Positions 44,116 through 52,154 of a DNA stretch of 56,160 nucleotides are shown here, one piece after another. The DNA is from a virus (lineage: Duplodnaviria > Caudoviricetes): positions 1 to 56,160 of IMG/VR virus record IMGVR_UViG_3300032247_000812. The stretch is one strand, 5' to 3'. Below the pieces are notes generated by a model. The model had not been told where the DNA came from. It did not search any database and saw only the letters and a program-made list of their open reading frames with translations. The translations under genes were made by a program, and so were the position numbers. Each line of letters starts with the position of its first letter. Position 1 is the stretch's first letter.

Positions 44116-45798
44116 TTAATTCTTGTCATCTTTTTTGGTTAAATATTCTTCGATTTGTTGTTTCTCACTTTCGGACAACAAGTCAATGTCATATTCACCA
44201 TTATCGATTTTTTGGATCAAATATTTGACGTACTCAATGTCATGCAAGTAGCTTGTGGATATGTCTTTATTGACAACAATCCATCTTAGCCCGTCAAATT
44301 TGTACACACGGTTTGGTAATACATCAACACGGACAAAAGTGTCACCTTTAATTGCTAATTTGGGAAACTCTACTCCAAAACTAGTATTACTTTGTCTTTC
44401 GTTGTCCGCAACCAATTTCAACACATCTGGGCGCATGTTCTTTAGTACGTCCATGTGCATGTGTTTACCCTCGTAAACCACGTAATTACCTTCCAACATT
44501 TGGTATGGTTTTTCAGCGGTTACACCATCTGTAATTATGGTTTCGGTTGAATCCACTGTTATATCATCATTGACAGTAGGTTCTTTACGGATTTCTATTG
44601 TGGGTTGGTTTTCTTTATATGTTACTATGGGCTCACTAAAGGTATAATTACCGTTACCAAAATTGGGCTTTTTAGTTTCGGGTTTAGTGAATTCCCAATC
44701 TATACCATAAGTATTGTCTACAACATCACATTCTTTGTTGGGACAGAATGGTCCAATACCGGGTGCGTCTATTAATGGTGTACCACATTTATAACAAGGT
44801 CCTAATTTGTCATCATCTTCTTCGGGAAACAATTCAGTTTTGGTAATCAGTTCGTCTTTGGGTAAATCTTCTTTTACCCGTTCACGTAATGCATTTAGTG
44901 CTTCTTCATTTATGGGGCCGTCATCTGGTTCATACGCAGGTTTAATTGGATTCTCTACATTTTCTTTGACACGATCCTCAAACATTTTCATGTAGTCAGG
45001 TGCATCTAAAACAGTCTTTTCTCTTTCTTCTCTATCCCACACACGACTTTGATTTGCCGCAATAACCATCATTAATGCCAATGGGTCAAATACTAAAACA
45101 ATAAGAATGATTACCCAACGTACAGCACGTTCTAATAAGTTACTGTCTGGGTTATCACCGTACATGAATGCCGCAATATATTTTATTGGTCCAACCTCTG
45201 CTTCCACTTTTCTGACCTCGGCGGCAATAGGCGCACGGGCATCACTAAGTTCCGCAATAGACTTCTGCGACTGTAATATTTCATTTTGAAGGCGAGTACG
45301 TTCTTTCTGCTGGGACTTACGCATAGCCACAGCTTTGTCGGCACCTTTTTCATCTGTTGAGCGGCCCAGTACTTGGTCCACTCCCTCATCCATCTGTTTA
45401 AGTGCCTTACGGTTTGCTTCAATATTCTCTTTCTCGGTTTTAATTTTTTCATCATATACTGCAATCTTAGCGATAACGTCACCGCTAACTAAATTTTGGT
45501 CACTATGTGCTTTACTTAGGTAGCCAAAGATACCCATACTCGTCATTAGTGCCAGTGCAAGTACAGCGGGAATCAAATACACTTTGAGAAGAAAACTTAC
45601 ACGTTCCCAATATATTTTTAACCAAACAGTGGTCACAATCTTAGATAGTTCTAGTATTGAACCCATGATAATGATTGGGATTACTGCCCCGGCAAAGATG
45701 GCAGTAAGTCCTGATATACTATACCATGCGGCAACAGCACTTAATGAAAGTGCTACTAGTAGTGTAAAATTGGAAAAGGTGAATATTCTTTTTATCAT
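44116..45798 (-). CDS. membrane protein with coiled coil and acidic C-terminal region
   Basis: YSISGLTAIFAG, TSMGIFGYLSKAH, EAEVGPIKYIA, VFDPLA; CYKC..FCPNKEC insert. Confidence 0.85.
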   Translation of the reverse strand: MIKRIFTFSNFTLLVALSLSAVAAWYSISGLTAIFAGAVIPIIIMGSILELSKIVTTVWLKIYWERVSFLLKVYLIPAVLALALMTSMGIFGYLSKAHSDQNLVSGDVIAKIAVYDEKIKTEKENIEANRKALKQMDEGVDQVLGRSTDEKGADKAVAMRKSQQKERTRLQNEILQSQKSIAELSDARAPIAAEVRKVEAEVGPIKYIAAFMYGDNPDSNLLERAVRWVIILIVLVFDPLALMMVIAANQSRVWDREEREKTVLDAPDYMKMFEDRVKENVENPIKPAYEPDDGPINEEALNALRERVKEDLPKDELITKTELFPEEDDDKLGPCYKCGTPLIDAPGIGPFCPNKECDVVDNTYGIDWEFTKPETKKPNFGNGNYTFSEPIVTYKENQPTIEIRKEPTVNDDITVDSTETIITDGVTAEKPYQMLEGNYVVYEGKHMHMDVLKNMRPDVLKLVADNERQSNTSFGVEFPKLAIKGDTFVRVDVLPNRVYKFDGLRWIVVNKDISTSYLHDIEYVKYLIQKIDNGEYDIDLLSESEKQQIEEYLTKKDDKN

Positions 45799-45807
45799 AA
45801 TTAGTAT

Positions 45808-46032
45808 TTATTCGAAAAGGTATCCGTAGATTTCTAAAAACGTGACCAGAGGTAGTATAAGTTTCTGTGGTATACCTGGACCTTGATAGGCAAAATATGT
45901 AACAGATGCGCCACCCCTGCGTTCATCCCTCTCGTTAATTCTAATTATTTCTAATTTATTACCATCTTCAAACGTATGCATCATGCCCTCTTTTAAAGAG
46001 TGCTGTGGTAAATCATCAGTATCCTCTATCAT
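45808..46032 (-). CDS. hypothetical protein
   Basis: 74-aa coupled ORF. Confidence 0.7.
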   Translation of the reverse strand: MIEDTDDLPQHSLKEGMMHTFEDGNKLEIIRINERDERRGGASVTYFAYQGPGIPQKLILPLVTFLEIYGYLFE

Positions 46033-46589
46033 TCATTATCCATTTTTTCATCGTCTAATGCCGCCCAACGTGCTTCACGTTCTTTGCGTTCTGCCAAGTC
46101 TCTGACACCTTCTTCAGTCAATTCGGTATCACTATCACACATTGGACACACATCCTTTGTATTATGTGATTCTTCATCAGTGCTATAGTAATCTATAATT
46201 ACTGAACCATCTTCACGTAGGTGTTGAGTAATTGTATTGTAAACATTACCTCTCCAACGACATTTAGTACACTTATGTGTTGGTTCTGGTTCTTGCTGTG
46301 CCTCTACCCAACTTTCGCTGTCACCATATTCATATGTAACATCGTATCCACCTTTACGGTCAGTCCAACAATCATCGTATTGAAAGTCCCATTCAATTTC
46401 AATATCGTTGTTCCAAGCCTCGTTGATAATTTCTTCAATATCAGCTTCACCGTTTTCAAGTTCTTGCATTAGGTTTGCAATTTCATCTTCATCCATGTCT
46501 GGATAAATTTCACTTAGCATATCTTCATCAAGGTCAATACAATATTGTCTGTCAACTTGATGCCATTCATGTTTTACAATAGTTACCAT
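46029..46589 (-). CDS. acidic protein with C-terminal Zn-finger motif
   Basis: AAGGA RBS; CTKC...CPMC. Confidence 0.8.
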   Translation of the reverse strand: MVTIVKHEWHQVDRQYCIDLDEDMLSEIYPDMDEDEIANLMQELENGEADIEEIINEAWNNDIEIEWDFQYDDCWTDRKGGYDVTYEYGDSESWVEAQQEPEPTHKCTKCRWRGNVYNTITQHLREDGSVIIDYYSTDEESHNTKDVCPMCDSDTELTEEGVRDLAERKEREARWAALDDEKMDNE

Positions 46590-46658
46590 AATTTATTCCT
46601 TTTAAAATACTATTATACTTATGTTTGAGAAAAAAGCAAAAGAAAACGGAAAACTTGC

Positions 46659-47195
46659 TTAAATTTTTTCTAGCTTAAGTATGGGCAAACCTTTGCGTTT
46701 TCCTTTGGTCATTATATCAAATGACCCCATTAAGATTTTCAATGGTTTATTGTATAGCATGGTTTCAGTAAAATAGGGAGCATAGTATGCTGTGTTCTGT
46801 GCTATCCAATCACCCTTAACCATTGGTGCTAATGCCGCAAAAAACTCTGTACAGTCTTTGTTACGTGCAACAAATAAGTATTCACTGGTTCTGTCTGACA
46901 ATGACCCGCCACGAAACCTTACACGTGAACCCATTGATTGGGCAACTTTAATTTCTAATGGTACGTCACCACTAGGAAATTTAAATAAATTATCTGGGTC
47001 AACATCTGCTCGACCTGGTAATACTTTAATGCCTAACTTGTTAGTAAAATGAGCCGCGGACACTTGCTCCAATAACTTAGAACATAGCTCAGAAATAACT
47101 TTTTGCCCTACATCATATTTTGATGAGGGCAAATTATCACGTACTTCAGTTATAATTGTTTTAAAATCATCAGTAGTAAAACATTGTTGAATCAT
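46659..47195 (-). CDS. hypothetical protein, possible PD-(D/E)XK nuclease fold
   Basis: LLE...DPD.....PLEIKV pattern. Confidence 0.6.
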   Translation of the reverse strand: MIQQCFTTDDFKTIITEVRDNLPSSKYDVGQKVISELCSKLLEQVSAAHFTNKLGIKVLPGRADVDPDNLFKFPSGDVPLEIKVAQSMGSRVRFRGGSLSDRTSEYLFVARNKDCTEFFAALAPMVKGDWIAQNTAYYAPYFTETMLYNKPLKILMGSFDIMTKGKRKGLPILKLEKI

Positions 47196-47422
47196 TATAC
47201 AATCTTTCCAAGTCCTGCATAAATTAGTTGGTCTAATTCATATTGATAGTCACGACCTTCTCTGCGTTTAAGCCAAATTGTTTCTAATAAATTTTTACTA
47301 GATTCTGATACAGAAAAACCCATTCCTCGACTTTCAAGTTCCTCAATGAGGTCTTCGCTGTCAAACTCACTAATGTCTACATCAACTTCAACTTCTGTAT
47401 ATATGGTTTTATATTTGCTCAT
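47195..47422 (-). CDS. hypothetical protein
   Basis: EVEVDVDISEFDSEDLIEELESRG. Confidence 0.8.
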   Translation of the reverse strand: MSKYKTIYTEVEVDVDISEFDSEDLIEELESRGMGFSVSESSKNLLETIWLKRREGRDYQYELDQLIYAGLGKIV

Positions 47423-47715
47423 TACTCAATACTTTCGATTCCAAAATGTTCTTCAACCGGCATATCAGGGATATTTTCTGTATCGCCGTCTTGTGCAAAG
47501 ACAAAACCCAAACCTAACAATGTTTCCATTTCAAATTGTGTACAGTTACCACGGAAGATAAAAATTCTACGGGTTAGATTGTCTTTAGAATAATAGATTC
47601 TATAACTTACCCGAGGAACATCAAATTTTTCAGCAAGCATTGTCGCAGTAACCTCATCACCCCAATCTTCGGTGATAGATTCACGATGTTGCTCATAGTA
47701 AAAATCTTTCATCAT
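47422..47715 (-). CDS. hypothetical protein
   Basis: Coupled ORF. Confidence 0.7.
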   Translation of the reverse strand: MMKDFYYEQHRESITEDWGDEVTATMLAEKFDVPRVSYRIYYSKDNLTRRIFIFRGNCTQFEMETLLGLGFVFAQDGDTENIPDMPVEEHFGIESIE

Positions 47716-47912
47716 TCTTCTACTCCAAAATGTTGTTTAATCAAATCATTAGACTTGTATGGCTCTGCTTTATCAGCAATATCAGCACATTGCCGAACAA
47801 TCAACTCGGCGAACATTCTGTAATCAAAATCACGCAACCCTTCACGGTCACTACCATATGGAGCAATAAGACCAGCCTTTCTGGCTAGGTCTTTAATTAG
47901 TTGGTCGTTCAT
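47712..47912 (-). CDS. hypothetical protein
   Basis: FAELIVRQCA...IKQHFGVEE motif common in freshwater phage small proteins. Confidence 0.8.
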   Translation of the reverse strand: MNDQLIKDLARKAGLIAPYGSDREGLRDFDYRMFAELIVRQCADIADKAEPYKSNDLIKQHFGVEE

Positions 47913-49258
47913 TTGTCATCCCTAAATCTGACAAAGCGGGGAAAACGTAAACTGTAAGTACCATCTTGATTTTGTGTAATCACATCACACAAGACCTCAG
48001 CAGTTCGACCAATGACCAGATTACGATTATTCCAATAATCATCTCTATCAGAGTCAGAAAAACCACTACCAACATTGACGGTAATAAATTTCCCATCATC
48101 AACGCCTGAGCAAACCAATGCTCCAAGGCGTCCTGCGTTTCTTCCAGTACCTTCTTCAACACCGATAACCTCCAAATCTACTGTGATTGTTGGCTTCCAC
48201 TTCATCCAACTTGTACTACGTTTACATTCATAGGGAGCATCTGTGTTTTTAATCATAATGCCCTCAAATCCTGCATTCACTTGATCCTTAGCATAACGAT
48301 TCAATTGGTCATGTCCTTCGGCAGTATCAAGGTCAACCATGATGTGTGGTAACAATTCAACATTAGGCATTGTTTCAATTACACCACGCATTGATTCTAG
48401 CAATTTAATTCTTTTGCTTAATTGAGCATTCCAATAACCTCTACGAAAGTCAGCTAGTGGGATAATGTCAAAGACATTGAACACACTATCAGTAGCTTGT
48501 ACATCAGTTTTGCGGCGTGCTTGTCGCATTAGTTCTTGGAATGTGTTGCCAATCACCTCACCGTCAAGAACAAAGCCATCTATAAGACCACGACCTTGAT
48601 CCACACTTACTGCCGCACGTAAAATTTTTGTAAATTTGTCACGTACTTGTTCTTCAATGTGTGTAAAGTTTTCAAATACTTTACCATTACGACTAAAACA
48701 AATGGTTGTAATATCTCCAAAGTCACTTGGTATAACCATCATCAATACACGAACGCCATCAAGTTTAGGCTCAAGTCGTTTTGTTCCCTGCATTTCTGGC
48801 CGACCTTCGCTGTTAGTTGCAAGTTGACAACCAAAGATTGGAATCTCGTAGTCTGTCTTTTTACAGATTTTATTGATTGTCTTGTCGCTGATACCCGCAC
48901 GAAGGTCTCTACGCAATACAGGTGCTAAGAATGTATTCCATTCGTTGCTATCAAAACGTTCTGCCATTTCCTGAATAGCATCACGTGCGGCATGACCTGT
49001 TAACCTGCGTTGGCTAAGTTGTAGCATCAATTCATTAAAATCATCCCAAGGGTTTTCAGCATCAACAATGCCCACCGTATCAGGAATTTGTTTGACACCA
49101 AATGTTATATAGGGGTTGTAACAGGCTTTTGTGAATGAAAGAAAATTGATAGCATTCGTGCTACCAAGGACACTTGCCTCAAGCGCCTGTTTTATGATAT
49201 CCTCTTTATAAAGACGGCTATCGCTTTCATTTAATTTATTAATCCAACTTGCACTCAT
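47909..49258 (-). CDS. ATP-dependent DNA ligase
   Basis: EPKLDGVR (motif I), SRNGK, LDGE, FEGIMIK, WMKWK, VGSGFSD, SLRFPRF..FRDDK. Confidence 0.97.
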   Translation of the reverse strand: MSASWINKLNESDSRLYKEDIIKQALEASVLGSTNAINFLSFTKACYNPYITFGVKQIPDTVGIVDAENPWDDFNELMLQLSQRRLTGHAARDAIQEMAERFDSNEWNTFLAPVLRRDLRAGISDKTINKICKKTDYEIPIFGCQLATNSEGRPEMQGTKRLEPKLDGVRVLMMVIPSDFGDITTICFSRNGKVFENFTHIEEQVRDKFTKILRAAVSVDQGRGLIDGFVLDGEVIGNTFQELMRQARRKTDVQATDSVFNVFDIIPLADFRRGYWNAQLSKRIKLLESMRGVIETMPNVELLPHIMVDLDTAEGHDQLNRYAKDQVNAGFEGIMIKNTDAPYECKRSTSWMKWKPTITVDLEVIGVEEGTGRNAGRLGALVCSGVDDGKFITVNVGSGFSDSDRDDYWNNRNLVIGRTAEVLCDVITQNQDGTYSLRFPRFVRFRDDK

Positions 49259-49267
49259 TATTATTCC

Positions 49268-49477
49268 TTAAACACCGTTTACTGAAATTCTTTTTCGGGT
49301 AGCACACTCGGTGATGACCTCATCGGGTACAAACGTATATTGGTCTAACATTGAACAACGGTAGTCTACTGTTACAACATCAGGATCGTCTTCCTCAACT
49401 GGATCTGATTTCATCCAAAGCAATAACACTATTACACCGAGTAGGAAAAATAGTGTTAGTCTAGCTTCCCTATTCAT
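49268..49477 (-). CDS. small membrane-anchored protein
   Basis: N-terminal TM; two Cys. Confidence 0.7.
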   Translation of the reverse strand: MNREARLTLFFLLGVIVLLLWMKSDPVEEDDPDVVTVDYRCSMLDQYTFVPDEVITECATRKRISVNGV

Positions 49478-49659
49478 TTTTTGCTCACAGCAACATGGAA
49501 GAAACTATGTGCAACAAGTATTGCACACCATGTTTCAAACGAATACGCAATATTCAAACTAGGGAACAACACATTCAATGCCCAAATATAAGCAAAAGGG
49601 GCAAAAATTACTAAAACAATTACCAATATAATAATTGGGACTAGCGACAATTTAAACAT
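49474..49659 (-). CDS. small membrane protein
   Basis: AAGGA RBS, IWALNVLFP.L.I.Y.FETW. Confidence 0.75.
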   Translation of the reverse strand: MFKLSLVPIIILVIVLVIFAPFAYIWALNVLFPSLNIAYSFETWCAILVAHSFFHVAVSKK

Positions 49660-49663
49660 AATA

Positions 49664-49795
49664 TTATTCCTTTGCCTGTTCAACAGTTACTTGTTTGACC
49701 TTGTTGACACCGTTGTCAAGAAGTTTTGCGATTCCACTAAATCCAATCGTTGAAACTACAATACCAAATATGGTTCCTAAAATAAAGTTACGCAT
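49664..49795 (-). CDS. small membrane protein (43 aa, below ORF-track cutoff)
   Basis: AGGA RBS; MRNFILGTIFGIVVSTIGFSGIAKLLDNGV; TTGACA-17-TATAAT promoter near 49828-49856. Confidence 0.7.
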   Translation of the reverse strand: MRNFILGTIFGIVVSTIGFSGIAKLLDNGVNKVKQVTVEQAKE

Positions 49796-49852
49796 AAATG
49801 TTCCTAGATAAAAGTTGATGATAGCTTATTATAAATCATTTAACAATTAATG

Positions 49853-50503
49853 TCAAACAATCTTTACCCTATTCAGTTGGGTGCTGTTATCACGGTGTGC
49901 CTTAACAGTACCTTGTACTTTAACCTTACGGTCAATTTCACAACCATTTTTATGACCAAAGAACACGACCTTATCATCGGCTGTGATACCAGTCACGTAA
50001 TAAATATTCCATTGTTGAGAAAACACCGACTTGACAACATCCAATTCAAGTTGTACCTTGTCACCAACGCTACCAACAAAACCACCTTTAGCAAAAAAGA
50101 TACGCTGGTCTGCATTGTGACGTTTAACACCGCGCTCGTAAGAACTGGGAAGACTTGCAATCACCGCCAAATCATAAGTACTTTCAACCGTATCACGATT
50201 GGCAATCAGCATTGCATTGTTGTCAAACTCGGACAACTTGATACCTTTGAGGATTTTAAAAGTAAACGCCTGATAGAATTTACGAACTTGGACACCCTGC
50301 TCACGATCCTCATCGGTGATTTGGGTAGTATCAGTAAGAAGGCTTTCAACAATCTGACGATTAGATTTGCGTTCCAAATCAGGATCCGATTCAGACATAA
50401 CACTCAATTTAACATAAGCACCGTTGATGCGTTGGGCTTGACAAGCCGCGGCCCAAACATCATCGGCATTGAAATTCAGTACGGGTTTCTGATAGCGAGC
50501 CAT
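49853..50503 (-). CDS. hypothetical protein with C-terminal OB-fold-like region
   Basis: GAGG RBS; FVGSVGDK...GTVKAH...TQLNRVK. Confidence 0.8.
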   Translation of the reverse strand: MARYQKPVLNFNADDVWAAACQAQRINGAYVKLSVMSESDPDLERKSNRQIVESLLTDTTQITDEDREQGVQVRKFYQAFTFKILKGIKLSEFDNNAMLIANRDTVESTYDLAVIASLPSSYERGVKRHNADQRIFFAKGGFVGSVGDKVQLELDVVKSVFSQQWNIYYVTGITADDKVVFFGHKNGCEIDRKVKVQGTVKAHRDNSTQLNRVKIV

Positions 50504-50529
50504 GATTACCTCTGAGATTAAAAAATTAA

Positions 50530-50811
50530 TTAAGCAACAGTCAACATGTTAGCCGGCACACGCCAGTTAGCACTAATCAATCCATTCTCACGTACAATAA
50601 CAAACTTACGATTTACCTTTTCTACGGTACCAGTCACAACTTTACCTGTCCGTGAACTAGTAAATTTCACAATCGAGCCTTTACCCAATACGCACTTGTT
50701 GCGTTCAACGATACGGGCACGTGCGAATTTAACCGCATCGATAACACTATTCAAGTCCTCGTTAGTAAGAGAGCCTGAAATAATTGCGCTATTGATTTCT
50801 TGCAAAGTCAT
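50530..50811 (-). CDS. early hypothetical protein (SH3-like C-terminus)
   Basis: Behind repeat E; GTVEKVNRK...WRVPANML. Confidence 0.85.
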   Translation of the reverse strand: MTLQEINSAIISGSLTNEDLNSVIDAVKFARARIVERNKCVLGKGSIVKFTSSRTGKVVTGTVEKVNRKFVIVRENGLISANWRVPANMLTVA

Positions 50812-50817
50812 TTTGTT

Positions 50818-50872
50818 TCCTTTATCTAACTGTCTAAGATTCTATTATATACCCAAACTGATTTATTGTCAA
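50818..50872 (-). repeat. early promoter-leader-RBS repeat, copy E
   Basis: TTGACA-17-TATAAT-AGAATCTTAGACAGTTAGATAAAGGA. Confidence 0.9.
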
Positions 50873-50876
50873 CCGT

Positions 50877-51149
50877 TTACACTAGGTCGACCTGAATTTG
50901 CTTGCCACGAATAGTAGTGCCAAGTCCAGTTGGAACTACCTCGTTTTTGCGTTTGGCTTCGTAGCGCAAAAACGACAATTGAATTAGTGCGTCCCAGCAA
51001 GTTACTCGGGCGTTAACAGTAGCAAATTGCTCGGTCATTTGCTGGACCGTCATATACATGCCAATGTCATTTTCAGAACCATCGCCCTTGAAAATCACAC
51101 GGAATTTTTGAGAATTTTTCAAACCGTCAATGATAGTTTTTGTACGCAT
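50877..51149 (-). CDS. early hypothetical protein
   Basis: Behind repeat F. Confidence 0.85.
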   Translation of the reverse strand: MRTKTIIDGLKNSQKFRVIFKGDGSENDIGMYMTVQQMTEQFATVNARVTCWDALIQLSFLRYEAKRKNEVVPTGLGTTIRGKQIQVDLV

Positions 51150-51156
51150 TTCCTAG

Positions 51157-51211
51157 TCCTTTATCTAACTGTCTAAGATTCTATTATATACCCAAATCGA
51201 TTTATTGTCAA
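51157..51211 (-). repeat. early promoter-leader-RBS repeat, copy F
   Basis: TTGACAATAAATCGATTTGGGTATATAATAGAATCTTAGACAGTTAGATAAAGGA. Confidence 0.9.
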
Positions 51212-51516
51212 ATTTTGGCGTATTGAGCTACCTGCTCTTGGATGTACTTGTCAAAACCTGCTTTAGAAACCTCGTAGCCGTTTTGCTTGAGGTACTTTTT
51301 GATATGCGGGAGAAGGTAACCTTTGGATTCTACAATTTTCAGTGGAGCCTCGCCACCTTCCAATCGACCAAAATACTCTTCAACCGTAAAATTCTTAGCC
51401 AAAAACGTCAAGAACGTACCCTTGCTACCTTTTTGGTATTTGAATCGGGCAACGAATTTACCCTGATAGTTGATGTACTCGGAACCTGAGAAGTCTGCTT
51501 TGATAAATTTAGTCAT
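51208..51516 (-). CDS. early hypothetical protein
   Basis: Behind repeat G; FVARFKY, FL.KNFTVEEYF. Confidence 0.85.
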   Translation of the reverse strand: MTKFIKADFSGSEYINYQGKFVARFKYQKGSKGTFLTFLAKNFTVEEYFGRLEGGEAPLKIVESKGYLLPHIKKYLKQNGYEVSKAGFDKYIQEQVAQYAKI

Positions 51517-51522
51517 TTCTTA

Positions 51523-51578
51523 CTCCGTTATCTAACTGTCTAAGATTCTATTATATACCCAAATCGATTTATTGTCAA
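51523..51578 (-). repeat. early promoter-leader-RBS repeat, copy G
   Basis: TTGACAATAAATCGATTTGGGTATATAATAGAATCTTAGACAGTTAGATAACGGAG. Confidence 0.9.
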
Positions 51579-51583
51579 CCGTT

Positions 51584-51799
51584 TTAGTACTTGACCACAC
51601 GAACTACCTGATCCAAATAAGCCCAGCTACCTTCGTAACCAATGCCCGGCCGTCCGTTTTTGATGTTGTCTTCCACTTCGTCTACTACAACCTGTTGGGG
51701 TACACCGTTGCCAAAGTTTCCGCGGACAACGACCACGCTACCTTCCCGAATGTCGCTGATCCGAACACGGTTGAGAACCGTTGAATACTGTGTAAACAT
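51584..51799 (-). CDS. early hypothetical protein
   Basis: AGGA RBS; DNIKNGRPGIGY..WAYLDQV. Confidence 0.8.
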   Translation of the reverse strand: MFTQYSTVLNRVRISDIREGSVVVVRGNFGNGVPQQVVVDEVEDNIKNGRPGIGYEGSWAYLDQVVRVVKY

Positions 51800-51810
51800 T
51801 TTATTTCCTA

Positions 51811-52044
51811 TTAACCGATTACGATAACACGGGGAGAATCATCACGATCCATGAACTGTTCACCTTGAACCGGGGCAGTGAAAAAGTCGGTCTTGAACTT
51901 TTTGTCCTCAACACCTTCCCAAACACGCTTGATGAATTCAGCACGGAACAAGCCGTCGAATTGAATTCCGACAACTTTACCAACCATGTAGCAGTTGTCA
52001 ATTCCATTAAAGTCTAAAGACTTTACAATATCACCGATTTTCAT
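51811..52044 (-). CDS. early hypothetical protein
   Basis: Behind repeat H; MKIGDIVKSLDF...CYMVGKV. Confidence 0.85.
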   Translation of the reverse strand: MKIGDIVKSLDFNGIDNCYMVGKVVGIQFDGLFRAEFIKRVWEGVEDKKFKTDFFTAPVQGEQFMDRDDSPRVIVIG

Positions 52045-52051
52045 AGATTTT

Positions 52052-52107
52052 CTCCGTCATCTAACTGTCTAAGATTCTATTATATAGCCAAATCCATTTA
52101 TTGTCAA
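52052..52107 (-). repeat. early promoter-leader-RBS repeat, copy H
   Basis: TTGACA-17-TATAAT-AGAATCTTAGACAGTTAGATGACGGAG. Confidence 0.9.
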
Positions 52108-52154
52108 CCAAAAATCGGGGGTTCCATAGTGTTGTTTTTACACAACATTTTGGC

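Noticed and set aside
49850-50515. 221-aa plus-strand ORF
   Set aside because: Exact antisense shadow of the 49853-50503 gene, which has an RBS and fits the operon direction
50818-52107. CRISPR array or integron attC array
   Set aside because: Repeats are 55-bp promoters separated by 280-480-bp coding genes, not 30-40-nt spacers; no cas or integrase gene and no attC-type palindrome
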